A stretch of DNA of 63,931 bases, counting the filler, from Trypethelium eluteriae (Eukaryota), in assembly GCA_051942245.1 (NCBI GenBank). It is 3 parts of 3 records of this genome, joined end to end, with 100 filler letters (N's around TTAATTAATTAA, not from the genome) between each part and the next. Parts side by side here need not be neighbours in the genome. Positions count along the whole stretch, not along the records: positions 44,839 to 63,931 come from JAVECL010000534.1; 2 more parts are not named here. One strand, given 5' to 3'. The translations under genes and the position numbers were made by a program. How positions within the stretch are numbered: position 1 is the first letter of the stretch; every line of letters starts with the position of its first letter. The notes under the pieces were generated by a model. The model saw only the letters and a program-made list of their open reading frames with translations, had not been told where the DNA came from and did no database searches. Of the stretch, positions 47,424 to 59,488 are shown in pieces.

Positions 47424-48179
47424 GTTGTTGCTACAAGCTTAGAAAAGGCAAATGAGGTGGAAAGACCGATAAAATTTCAAATACTCCCATGTTGTGAGAG
47501 CGAGAGCAAGTGTGATCAGTTGGGAATGATTTGCGAGTGTCTTGTTTGTGAGTTGTTGTAAGAGTCAATGCAAGGAATCTCCTGGGTATCCTTGTCTCAA
47601 TGCTCGCTTTGAGTGAGTGCTGAACAACAAAGATACTTTTACGTATTTGGACCACAGGTTCCGGGGCAGATACAGATAGAAGTCACTTGGTTTCCTCAGG
47701 TCAGCAAAAACACATTTATTACCTAGATAGGTTAGCGCTAAACTAGGCTAAAAGAAGTCACCGGCCTTTTATTGGCTTAATCTATGCTTGGGGCCTTAAG
47801 GCTGCTTAGCTTGGTCTTAGGTCTATATAAGCCAGCTTATTAAGTCTACGTACTCCGCAGTCCCTACTTAAGACTACCTAGCCAATTTGCCAACAGCCTT
47901 AGACAACGGAGGGCCAGGCCAAGAATATTCGCTTATTCACTTGCAACACGGCCCATGAAATAAATGATGGGGCAACGACGTGCCCCGTGTGAATATGACA
48001 TCTGACTACGTCATGTACAATGACGTATATTCCATCCCATCTGTTGCAAGGCTGACTACAAGGACGTTCAGATATATATTGCCAGGTAGCACCCACAGCT
48101 ACGCCTTCTTGCCCTCGAAGACATCATACTCTGACCCTGAGTTACTAACAAAAGGCACTTTCTTTTCGATTCGAACATC

Positions 48180-49203
48180 ATGGCATCTTCGTCGAGATAT
48201 AAAGATCTCTACGCAAATCCAAAAGGGCCCAGGAGATGACCGTCCGACAGCGCTTCAAATTATCGAGGACGAGGGCCTACATGGAAAGCTCGCGGACAAG
48301 GTGATGGTCGTTACTGGTTGCACGGGTGGGCTTGGCATCGAGACTGCGCGTGCGTTCTGTGCGACTGGGGCCACTGTTTGGATCACCGGTCGTAATATCG
48401 AGAAATTAGAGGCCGTAGCTTCGGAGTTGCGCAAGAGTTCAGGAGACTCTTCTCGCGTTACTGCATTGGAAATGGACCAGACGTCACTTGCTAGTGTGCG
48501 TTCTGCTGCCAGGACTGTACTCGCAACCAGCAACAAGCTCAATATTCTCGTGAATAACGCAGCCGTTATGGCGACCCCGTACGAGCTCACAGTGGATGGT
48601 CATGAGAGTCAATGGGCCACTGATCACCTTGCTCATTTTCTATTCACTGGCCTGTTGCTTCCTAAACTTCTATCCAGCTCCACCCCAGACTTCCCAAGTC
48701 GCGTGGTTAATGTCAGCAGTAGCTCTCATCGGAACGGACCACCGGACTTTTCAGATCTTGATTTTACGGGAGGTCGTGAGTATTCACCTGGCAAAGGATA
48801 CGGCCAGAGCAAGACTGCGAATATCTGGCATGCTAATCGGCTGAATCGAATTTACTCCGGGAAAGGCCTTCATGGTATTTCGCTGAATCCTGGTGGAATT
48901 TGGACTGGGTTACAGAAACACGTGCCCTCAGAACAAATCGAGAAATGGAAGGCGGACGCCAATCTCATGAAAGGGACTATGACTTCTGCACAAGGTGCTG
49001 CAACACAGGTAATAGCTGCCCTTGGGAGCGAATTTCGAAGCACTGGCGGTATCTATCTCGAAAATTGCAGAGAGAGTGTATCTGCTGAGGAGGCTGGTGG
49101 GGACGGTGGAACACTGTATGGGTACAAGCCTTGGGCTTTTGACCCCGAGGGCGAGGCGACGCTTTGGAAGGTGAGCTCTGAAATTGTTAGGGTCCAGATC
49201 TAA
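48180..49203 (+). pseudogene. Retinol dehydrogenase/WWOX-like SDR with a +1 frameshift near codon 15 (real lesion or sequencing error)
   Basis: ATG 48180 reads MASSSRYKDLYANPKGP then TGA; the family-typical continuation GPGDDRPTALQII..VVTGCTGGLG..NNAAVMATP..YGQSK is in the +1 frame; extra base in CCAAAAGGGCCC (48219-48230). Confidence 0.8.
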
Positions 49204-49254
49204 GTTAGGAAGAGTATCTCTTCATGTAGTACCATCCAATCTTTCTTCGCCAAG

Positions 49255-50347
49255 CTAGATGGCATGATCGACCTCTAGCTCAGCTTTCTTGCTTCCCAGA
49301 AATGCTCCCACGAATTGCATGTAGCGGCTGCGCTCCTCCAAATGTCCCATGTGACTGGATTTCTCCAATTGAATCCACTTCACCCTGGGAATATTCATGA
49401 ACCAGGGTGCTACTGCAATATCTTGAACCTCATCGTATCTCCCATTGATGAGTAAAGTAGGGACGTTGATTTTATGCGCTTGAGACCATCCCTCCCACTC
49501 CTTCAAATTGCCCGTAGAGCTCAGTTCGGAAGGCCCATACCTATGAACACTTTGATCAGCATTTTACTTACTTTTTGGCCAATATACTGATGGTCAAGTG
49601 CGTGTACCTACATAGTCTGGTAGACCGTGGGATCCTCCGCCAGATGTCCTAGAGCATTGTTCACTTCTTCAGGCCATGGGTCGAGACGACATAAGTGCTT
49701 GTGGTAGAATACAAGACAAGCCTCCTTATATTCTTCGCTTTCGTAATTTCCAGTTCGCTCGCCTTCTTCGATTGCTTCGCGGGTCTTGTCAGGCAATTTT
49801 TTCACAAGTGCCAATTCCCCTTCAAGCATTAGTGGGACGCTGCTAGGTGCATCCGCTAGAATGAGTCTTCTCAATCCAGCGGGTTGTTGAGCGGCGTAAG
49901 CTCCACCCAACATGCCACCCCAGCTTTGACCCAGGAAGTCAAATCCTCGACGCCGTAATCCGAAAAAGTCTACGAGATTCTCCAGCTCATCGATGAAGAG
50001 CTGGACGGTCCAGAAGTCCTCATCGCCAGACTTCTCCCGCAGTCGAGTAGAGCGGCCACATCCAACCTGATCGTAGAAAATCACGGGAATGCCATACTTG
50101 GAGTGCAGGTCTCTGAAAGGAAGTAAATATTCATGTGCAGCACCTGGACCGCCATGGGCAGTGATGAGGGGAATTGGCCCGGAACCTTTGTCTTGTATCA
50201 GTTGATATGGCAACATCTACGATTGACAAGAGATCTGAATAGCTGCATACGAAGATTGCCAACAACTTTATACCACGTCTCACACTTCTTGCCGGCGTGA
50301 AGCACATCGAATGGAATGGTACCTTCCGAAGGCTTGATCAAAGTCAT
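49255..50347 (-). CDS. Proline iminopeptidase-like alpha/beta hydrolase (peptidase S33), 3 exons
   Basis: ETWYKVVG, HGGPG, FYDQVGCGRS, nucleophile GQSWGG, MYGPSE across an intron, NGRYDE, SSHMGHLEE. Confidence 0.92.
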
Positions 50348-50709
50348 TTTCTATATGGATATGACAAAACGAAGGTGAATAGCTTGCAATTAGCGCCAAA
50401 GCCTTTCTTAACAGCAGTATTGGAGAAAGATATCTTTGTCAAGGTGTAGCTGCTTGGCCGTGGGAGCAGAACCGCTTTCCATACCGCAGTCCTAGGTGCT
50501 GCGGCACAGAGCTGATCACGTTTGGGTTGGTGACTTTCTTATGGTGGGGCAAAAGTTGTGTGTATGAAGGAATAGCCTACCTAGACCTAGTAAGCTCTTG
50601 AACAGCCCCTAAGCCTCTGTCGGCCATCCAAACGAGCTAGCCTATTCTGTCTTGAGTTCACACCGTCAACCCCCACTTTAAAATGTACTAAAGTTCTATA
50701 TTCAGAATC

Positions 50710-52872
50710 ATGCTCTGCGAATTGTGTTCTACCTTGGACGTAAGCCATCTACTCTCAGAACCTGCTTCAAGCCAGAGAATCGTCCTAGGCACATGGCAAA
50801 GCATCCAAGGGCGGGAGCAAACATGCGAATTTTGTCGCACTCTAACGGCGTCAATCCGTAGCGGACCTTGGAGTCTGAAGGGACGACTCAGCCTCAACGA
50901 TGAGTTCATACTGACGCCCAAGCTCACACTCACGTCGCACTGTACCACAGAGGTAGATAAAGCGCCTTCGAGAGTGTTCAGGCTACAGATCCAGACTGAA
51001 GACTGCGATGCTGCTGGCGATGTGTTTCTGTTGGGCAATGACGCTCATCTGATAAATCAGTCTCCGCTTGGACACGGTCGTATGCTCAACTCGACAACGA
51101 TTGACTACAGGCTGGTTCGCGAGTGGATAGAGGAGTGTCAACAGAGTCACGAAAAGTGTAATAATGTTACGATGTTGAAACGCTTCGATTTTATGATTCC
51201 TGAGCAGTCAATGTTTATTGATGTCCGCAGAGAACGAATTGTCGATGTCATCACAAATTGCGAGTACGCAACACTCAGTCATGTATGGGGCGAGTGCCAG
51301 CTATCCTTGACGACACGAAGCCAATTGTCTCAACTCAAGGAAATAGGATCTTTGTCGGTGAGGTCCCTACCGCCGACAATCCGGGATGCAATGACATTGA
51401 CAAGGGCCATCGGCATTCGTTACCTTTGGGTAGATGCTCTATGTATCCTTCAGGACGATAAGGAACACAAAGCGAAGCAAATTGCTCAAATGCATAATAT
51501 TTACGCGGCCGCAACAATGACAATCGTCGCAGCTGCAGCCAATGATGCTAATTCCGGATTGCCTGGAGTTGGAAGCAGTGCTCGGGACCTCAATCAATAC
51601 ATCACAACATTGGCCGGCCTACGTTTAGCAGCAAGACAGGGTTTTCTTAACGTTTCTTTGAACCGGTCAACATATAACAAGCGGGCTTGGACATACCAAG
51701 AGTCGTCTATTTCTCACCGGTTACTCTATATCACTTCCAAGGGTGCTTTCATGCAGTGCTGCCAGAGTCTTCGTAGCGAAGAGATTATTTTAGAGGACCG
51801 TGCCTGTATGCAAACCACAAATCACGATCATACTGTCCCTGAATTGAGCCAACGCAACATTTGGCGGGAACTTACTCTGCGTCAACCATCTTCTACTGCA
51901 CTGCGTTCTTGCACATGTATATTCCACTACCAAGAAAGATTTCAGAAGGATGAGATACCTCTACGATATTACAGGGAAAAAGCGCCGGAGGATGGATCGT
52001 TTGATAAAACAGCGATATGCTGCCGACACTGCCAAGATTTTCTTCGAAGCATTGATGCTGAATGGCACATGTATAGAGATCTTGTCCGAGGATACACAAC
52101 CCGCCAGCTGAAATTCGAGTCGGACCGCATACCAGCTTTTGCTGGGATCGCCGGTTTCCTACAAAAACAGTTTGACACCAAATTTCTATTTGGGCTGCCA
52201 GAGAAGTTCTTTGACTTCGCTTTGATATGGTGCTCTGGATTCAATGTAGTGGTTCCACCTCGTCAAACTGGTCCCGATAATTTTCCATCCTGGAGCTGGG
52301 CATCGCAGACGATATATGTGGCATACCCCGGTGATAACTGGCTTACATCGGAGGTGGACTGGTACCGTATCGACAGCGAGAGAGGCCTTCGTCCTGTGCA
52401 CGGTATCAAGGCTGTGGGTACGTCTCAACCACTCAGGGAAGATTTTCGGAAGCCTATTACAGCGCAACAGCTTCATTCTAATGGATTATTATCTGGCATT
52501 GATACTCCTGGATCAGCACTGTTTGGCTGGTGTCAGATCATCTCCTCGTTTCTGCTCAAAGGCGATAGATTATACGATAAACATAAACGTCCGTTCGCCT
52601 CAAGCTCCGGAAGCATGGCTGGGGTGGTTCAGTTCAGCGATTCACCACCCCCTGAAAGTAACCAACAATATACCCCTGTTGAGGTTTTTCCGCTTTCCCG
52701 GTCTTCCTTTCGTCCCTCAATCGGCAACTGGCACTTTGGTTCCCATCGAATTAATCTCTTGGTTATTTCACGTCAAGGGAACGTAGCCACTAGGCTGGGT
52801 ATCACCGATATTGAGAATGTCAAGATATGGCAAGAATCGGAGAAAAATTGGATGCTGATTAAGCTCATTTAA
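50710..52872 (+). CDS. HET-domain protein (TOL-like type)
   Basis: CELC/CEFC N-terminal pairs, WIEECQQSHEKC, YATLSHVWG, LPPTIRDAM, YLWVDALCILQDD, MHNIYAAATMTIVAA, RAWTYQE, YTTRQLKFESDRIPAFAGI, FPSWSWA. Confidence 0.92.
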   Translation: MLCELCSTLDVSHLLSEPASSQRIVLGTWQSIQGREQTCEFCRTLTASIRSGPWSLKGRLSLNDEFILTPKLTLTSHCTTEVDKAPSRVFRLQIQTEDCDAAGDVFLLGNDAHLINQSPLGHGRMLNSTTIDYRLVREWIEECQQSHEKCNNVTMLKRFDFMIPEQSMFIDVRRERIVDVITNCEYATLSHVWGECQLSLTTRSQLSQLKEIGSLSVRSLPPTIRDAMTLTRAIGIRYLWVDALCILQDDKEHKAKQIAQMHNIYAAATMTIVAAAANDANSGLPGVGSSARDLNQYITTLAGLRLAARQGFLNVSLNRSTYNKRAWTYQESSISHRLLYITSKGAFMQCCQSLRSEEIILEDRACMQTTNHDHTVPELSQRNIWRELTLRQPSSTALRSCTCIFHYQERFQKDEIPLRYYREKAPEDGSFDKTAICCRHCQDFLRSIDAEWHMYRDLVRGYTTRQLKFESDRIPAFAGIAGFLQKQFDTKFLFGLPEKFFDFALIWCSGFNVVVPPRQTGPDNFPSWSWASQTIYVAYPGDNWLTSEVDWYRIDSERGLRPVHGIKAVGTSQPLREDFRKPITAQQLHSNGLLSGIDTPGSALFGWCQIISSFLLKGDRLYDKHKRPFASSSGSMAGVVQFSDSPPPESNQQYTPVEVFPLSRSSFRPSIGNWHFGSHRINLLVISRQGNVATRLGITDIENVKIWQESEKNWMLIKLI

Positions 52873-53059
52873 GAGAGAAAAAAGAATCATCACTAAAATC
52901 AGTGATATAGAAAATTGTGATACGATTGTAATATTATAGAAAAAAAGTTATGAGCTCTTCTTGAATAAAACTTGAAGTTAAGGAGTGGAAAACTACCAGC
53001 AGTACGCCTTGTCTTCGTGTTTGGTCAAAATGCGCACACTTGCTAGATACAAAAGGGTA

Positions 53060-53326
53060 AGCTAGTCTCTAATGAATAAGACTAAGAAAACGGGAGGAAT
53101 TAGGGATTGGGACTACTTCTGTTCGTGTCAGAGACGCTAATGAAGCTGAATAGCTATAATATTGATATGAATGAAAATCTAAAGAAAATTGTTCAAGTTT
53201 TAGATAACCTTTAAATATAAAAGGGAAGTGAGAATGGACTGCAATACTGAGGTGTAATAAAGGCAAAGATTGGGATATAAGAAGTTGGGGAAAGCAGGGT
53301 TGACGGATTACGGATCCACGGTTGTA
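53060..53326. mobile_element. Possible RIP-degraded element remnant
   Basis: AT/TpA-rich stop-riddled tract ending in GGATTACGGATCCACGGTTG|TA; no partner terminus seen. Confidence 0.25.
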
Positions 53327-54220
53327 CAAAGTCAGGCATGCGGGGAGTCTGAGCCAGCGGTATCAACTCTCTTTGTTAGAGCTTTCCAGTGATGGTTGAT
53401 CTCCTGGTGAAAGCTTAAAAATCGGCTGCAATGCTTTGAGGACCTCCTATGTCGACTCAATCTAGACTATCGATCCAAGAAGGATTTTAGGTTGTCTTCA
53501 GGTCATAGACGTACCTGAAGTACAGAAGCAAAGTAACAACATTGAAGCATGGGAATAAGAGGGTCCAATAATTGGTGCTGCTGATGCGCCCGGCATGATA
53601 ATCCGACGAAGGCAGATGTCGTGAAGAGTGGATGCGATCAATGCTAGCCCACTGACAGCTTTCGTGCCGAAGACAAATCTGTATGCTCCCAGAAAACCGT
53701 GTTACAGAAGAGTGTTCAGAACCGGATCAAGAGAGCGGACAATGCCGAGATAAATGGTGAGTACCACTGGCAATACGCACAAGCTCGTGACTGCCCAGTC
53801 CTCGGTGGTATCACGGAACATGGTCCTCGCTCGATCAGCTATGCTTTGGACAGTTGGATATAAATGCGCCCTTTTCGGCATAGGCGGATACATAATCCGT
53901 ACGAAAGGTAGATCGTCGTCGTGCTGGCAAGAATCAAAATGATGCTTATCAGAGCATAACGGCAATAAGATATAAAGAAATCAGTAAAAGCGCTACGAGA
54001 TTGGTTGATGGCTGCCGCGTAAGATCAAGAAACCAGTTATCAGGGGAAAGAGTGTCGAGGACCCAGGCGAAGAAGCTTGAACTCTACAACAGCAAATTGC
54101 GTCAGTACCAAAGACCGTTCCAACATGATACTACTTTTCGATTCCTACTGTATGCGGAAAGAAACTATCTTCTACTCACCATTTTACCACAGCCATAGTC
54201 CTCTTACAGGGCTTTATATC

Positions 54221-55809
54221 TCACTTGTTGCTGTGTACATTCGCCTCTGCAACTCTAGCATTCAGTATGTTACTAACAAGTTCGAAACCCTCAGACCGTA
54301 ACTCACCCATACTGTCTAGCATGTCAAGTACAGCCCCACGTTTGGCATCAGATGCCAACTCTGCCATCGTTTTGCCATTTTTATTCTTAGCCTCGGCATC
54401 CGCTCCCTCATCTAACAGTAAACAAATCAACTCCTCGTTCCAGCTCCATTCACCGCAAACAACGAGGGGTGTCTCGTAAGGTCTCTCTTCCAAGTCAGGA
54501 TTACTGTCAATTGAAGGATCGTCTTTTCCAGGTTTACCATCAACCTGGGCTCCACGAGCGAGTAGAAGCTTCGCCACCTCTTTATGCCCACAGTATCCGC
54601 ACTCGGTCAGCGCCGTCCAGTGATTCATGTCGTAGGCATTGACATGAGCACCATGCTCGAGCATCAACTCCATGGTAGCACGTGGGTCGATATCATCGAA
54701 GCGCACACTCATTGCCGCCTCTTGTAGCGCAGTACGAGCAAAGAAGTTTCTTGCGTTCACGTCGGCGCCCTTGTCCAACAAAAGACGACACATACGTTCT
54801 TGCTTACGCGGGCAATCACGCCCTGCTGCGGCCCAGATAAGTGGTGTCCGGCCCTTTTCTGTGCGAACGATCCAGTCATTCCCGAATGCGTCAGTTTTGG
54901 CCTCAACGTCTGCGCCGGCGTCGAGTAAGATCTCTGCAACGCGAAGATGGCCATATCGAGCTGCGAAGTGCAGGGCTGTCAACCCCTCAGTTTCTTCCGT
55001 CCACTCCGTTTCCGCGCCCTCGCTAAGCAGGAGCGAGACGTCGAGGTAGTCACCATTCCGTGCAGTGTTCAGGAGTTCTCGCTGTAAGTGCAATTTTTTT
55101 CTTGCGAGGCGGCGACGCTCATCTAAGAGAAGAGGTGAAGGTGGGTTGCTAGTGGGACTAGATAAAGGGTCAGGCGTGGACTGGTCAATTGGTATGCCAT
55201 TTTGACCTTCTGGGGCCTCGAGGATAGACTGAGCATAGGTGCGGAGAGTCCTTGCGGGATCTTTGTTTTTTGGGACGCCAAGGACACGCAGTACATTGAA
55301 GCTTGGAAGAGGGTTAGCAATGCTGTAGCATTGAGGCTCAGGTGGGTATGAACGCAACAAACGCACGTATTTAAGCCTTGCATCGATACACTGAGGACCT
55401 GAACATGGCCATCCAATCTTGCTTGAAGATCTTTCCAGTCACTTGTACTAAAATAGTATTGCCAACGTATCTTGTAGTGTTTCTTGTCGGATGCAGGCCG
55501 AAATTGACTTGTGAGCTTATTCGCCACTTCATCAAGCGTGCATTCTACCGCCTTCAACGGCACATCCAGTGCATTTACGTGGCTAAGCGCCAACTCATCT
55601 TTCTCAATGACCTTGCGGATCGGACCCTCCTCCAGCACTTGCCTGAGATTTGCAACAAGGCTATTTAAGGACTCTGCTCGGGAGCGAAACCCTTCCAGCT
55701 CTTTCGGTGCATTTCGGACAAGCGTTACAAAGCCGGATATTTGCTCATAGCTCTTGCAAATGGCACTAGCGATAGCGATGACCGATGTAGTTACGGTAAC
55801 AGGGTCCAT
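54221..55809 (-). CDS. HeLo-like (fungal STAND N-terminal) domain + ankyrin repeats, no NTPase; intron 55366-55302
   Basis: MDPVTVTTSVIAIASAICKSYEQISGFVTLVRNAPKELEGF..KIRWQYYFSTSDWKDLQARLDGHVQVLSVSM; AC|GTGCGT..CTAAC..CAAG|C joins to ANK repeats (TALHFAARYGH, TPLIWAA, TALQEAA). Confidence 0.88.
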
Positions 55810-56882
55810 TTGGCCCGGAAGCATAGTCCGTATAGAATGAACAAAGCGACAGAACGGTTGGTGCCGTATCAAGTTCGAGCCATTCAATGCCAGCCTTGTA
55901 GCACTATATACGCCGTAAAGGCTAGAGCGCGCGATGAGGCAGATGTGACAATTATAGCCGATTCCGCAGAGGTCTACGAAGGGGTTTCTTGTGGGCGGAG
56001 ACAGCCCTGCGAGTAGCACAAATTATCTGCTCAGCCAGATATATGGTTCCCCGGCAATTTCGATTGCGCCTGAGTGTCCAGTCACCGTTCAAGTCACGAA
56101 CGTAGGGCAGCGTTTGCTTGGCCCTCAGACACGCTGCGATGTGGCTCAGATAAGAGTCCGGTAAGGCTGGACTTGCACCGCTCAGGTTTGCTTGCCGACT
56201 CCTCAAGTCTGAAAGCGGAAAAGGAATTCGGCGTACTCAATTAATTGGTGCCTCTGACTCTGCTCGTACCCAATCGTGTCAAGAAGAAAAGCCTTTTTCA
56301 GGATTACTCTTGTGTTAGAAACCAGGCTCTGTCTCCGAATATCAACAGGGTAAAAGAGCAGATGCTGTCAATATTATCCTAGCTATATCAGAGAGTTCTA
56401 GGTCATTTAGCTGACTAATACTCTCGGAAGCAGAAGGATGAGATCCCGAAGATACAGGGGTTGTTACGGTGTATATATACAGCTTCATTTCCTAGCCAGA
56501 TAAGAGGAAGGGAGAGATCTTGACCTCGACGATCATTGCCACCTCAAATTCTGACAGATGCTTACTCGCGATGCCATTCACCAAGTCGCGCTGACCCTTC
56601 CACTACTGGATTGTGGACGCTCCAGGAATTCCTCTATCGGGCATATGTTATTTAAGAAGAGAGGACATGAATACGGTGCAGTGTAGATCAACAGGCAAGG
56701 CTCGAGATAAGCCTAGAGGAGACTGCGTGTGGACGCGCTAGTATTGGTATGTACCTACCTCCATGAAGGTCCTGCAGCCAACGTTACTGCTGTGCTCCTG
56801 AACATTTATCGTATGTACCTTACCAGAGGTATTCAAGGTCAGCAAGTAGCTGTAGAATCGAGCATACTTTATATGCCATCCC

Positions 56883-57093
56883 TAACGGTGGGATGGGGGT
56901 TTCCTAACCGGTAGTTTACTGAAAATTACAGAAAATTTGCTTTTATAGCGTAACTTTTAGTCTAATCCGGGTCAACACTAGCTTAACACGGGCACTAACA
57001 CAGGCTGGGCTGAGAACTACCTAGCTCACAACAGCAAATTCTTTGTAGGTACTTATCTGTAAACTACCGGTTAGGAAGTCCCCTCCCCCCGTA
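56883..57093. mobile_element. Foldback MITE
   Basis: Perfect 19-bp inverted core TTCCTAACCGGTAGTTTAC (56901-56919 / 57059-57077) inside longer imperfect arms with G-rich/C-rich ends; right end CCCCCCG|TA. Confidence 0.75.
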
Positions 57094-57308
57094 AAGCTCT
57101 GATGTCGTCATTGCAAGGCACGTGATTGCCGAAAGTCGAACCGAGCCGACTTCATTCTGGGATGGCATTCCCGATGTTGTCCAGCAGGGTGCACAACGAT
57201 CTGCGGAGCAAGCACCGATGAGACGTTAGCAAACGATTTGCAGACCAACATCTTTGCAGCTTCTCGCAATGGACGCCTCTCCAGCAGCAGCAGTAGCAGC
57301 GATTTGCC

Positions 57309-58208
57309 ATGTTTTCCTTTTGAAATCGACAGGGACCCACCTCAATAGCTCCATCGTCTTCCGAGAAAGTATCTACTCCCACGTTGACACAGAATGAGGA
57401 AGCTGTCTTACAGAGAAAATTGAACTTTCCCGAGCCAAATATCTCGGTCTTCTCTTTTATCGCTATGCGACTACAACGGATCTGGTCGTGGTTGCTCTAA
57501 GCACCGCATGCACTTTGATCGCTGGTGGTCTAATTCCGCTCACTCCAGTAGATAGGCCCCAGTCCTCCAATTCGTCGGATGCTAATAGGAGCACAGATTA
57601 TCTTCGGCCAGATTTCTCACCTCTTCGTTGAGGTCGGACAAGGCGAAGATGGCCCGGCCGAGTCCAAACGCCTCATGAACCATTACACCCTCTTCTTCGT
57701 CTGCATCGCGATATAAGCACTGGCTACATGGTCTGTGTCAACCGCCGGCTTTTTACACACCGGAGCTAAGATCATTCGGGCAATCAAGCCGCGCTACTTC
57801 GGAGCTATCTTGCGGCAAAACATCGCTGTTTTTGATGAGATTGGTACTGGCTCGATAGTTACTCAGTTAACGGCAGATGCAAATGCCATCCAAGAGGGAC
57901 TCTCTCACAAGCTCTCCCTTTCTATTAGCGCTATCGGTACACTGATCGCGACTTTCGCCCTCACCTTCTCGCTGAACTGGATAATTGCGTTCATGCTCAT
58001 TTGGTCTCTCGTGCTTGGTGTAGGATCGCTGACAGGGAGTGAGAAAATCACTGTTCGTTATGGCAATCAAGCAATGGAGTCATACTCAGAAGGAGGAGCT
58101 ATCGTTGAGGAAGCCTTCGGATCAATCAAGAGTACAATGGCATTGGGCATTCAATCGTCTATTTGCACTCAGCCGGCTTCCGATATGCCACACGGTCCTT
58201 TCAATTAA
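57309..58208 (+). pseudogene. ABCB/MDR1-type ABC transporter pseudogene (first TMD fragment only)
   Basis: YRYATTTD, IAGGLIPL|IIFGQ, YFGAILRQNIAVFD, TADANAIQEGLSHKL, GGAIVEEAFGSIKS; in-frame TGA 57321, frameshift near 57455, TAA 57714; no NBD follows. Confidence 0.88.
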
Positions 58209-59488
58209 TATTACGCGTTTTCCCAAAGTTTGTAAGTCCTTCTGTTGGTAATCTACTTTATGTTCCGATAGATCGGCTCCCTACATTGCGCTCTCAGGAA
58301 AACAGGTCTTATTCGGGTTGGATTCCGTATATAGAGGGTAAGAGTACATATTGATTATCTTATCTAATTTCTCCCTAATTATGCCTCCTATATGGAAGCT
58401 GAATAGATGCCAACATGTATTCTTACTCCTGGAAAGAGTTTTGTGCCTTCTTTTTTAGCTTTCCAGTAAAAGAGTTATACTGCCTCCTGATATTTTTAAT
58501 CCCTCTAATAGCCTCTGTATAAAACGCAGTGTTATTATTAAAACAGAACCATAACAATTCGTCCATAGATATCATAGAAGTCATATATACTAAAATAAGC
58601 ACAGTTGGTCTTGTGGGTATTTCCACTACCTTTTTGACAAATTAGTATCATGGTAGGGATCTACACCAGCGCCACACTTTCCAGCCTCATATATGTCTGT
58701 GACTACGAACCTAAATCTGCCGAATGTGCATGCGTATTGTTGATCTACCGCCCTACAAAAGCGGCGAAAGAGTTACACCCAAGCAAAAGCCAGCCTCCCA
58801 AGATAGAGTGCTATTGCCTTAGTCCATAACGTGAGGCATCTAAGAAACAGTTGTTGAGAACAATTGATAGTTTTCGATTGGAGCAATTAGGTACTGAACG
58901 GAGAGGTTGATGGGAGTGCGTAATATAAAAATCTATCGACTCATTCGAGGTAGGCGAAACCCAAGGACGAATCTTGCACAAGAGAGCATTCCTGCTTCCT
59001 GCCTGTAGACCGGCACTTATGCACTCGCTTGCGAAATTTTATTGAGCCTTGCAACATTCGCGGCCTATCCGTGCATGTTCTTCTGTCTTGACTTGACCTA
59101 CAAAGGAATCTTGATATTCATTAAAGCACTCACCGCTTTCGGGGTCTCTTACGGATTGTGATGATATGAACACCACCCCTCAAATAAAGCCGGCCAAAGT
59201 GCGAGAATTTTCGATTGCAACGATAATCGTTATTCACGCCTACTAGTTGCGCCCCCTGCTCCGGATTCGACGTTGACTTTCGAATCATCCTTTGCGGCCC
59301 ATTACTAAAGCCCAATGTAGCTTGATCAAAACCAACTCATACAGTTCCACATCTAATTATGATAGGCATCGCCACATAAAGCAGCGCCAAGGCCAGACAG
59401 AGCGTACAGACTTTCCCAGTATGAATAAATGTGTCTGCAGTCTTTCAAGTGGCCATTGTATTTTCGTCAATCCGAGTCCGATATATAT

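Noticed and set aside
47980..48230. Long N-terminal extension of the SDR as in the ORF track
   Set aside because: The family-typical N-terminus starts at ATG 48180 in another frame; the upstream open frame is likely incidental.
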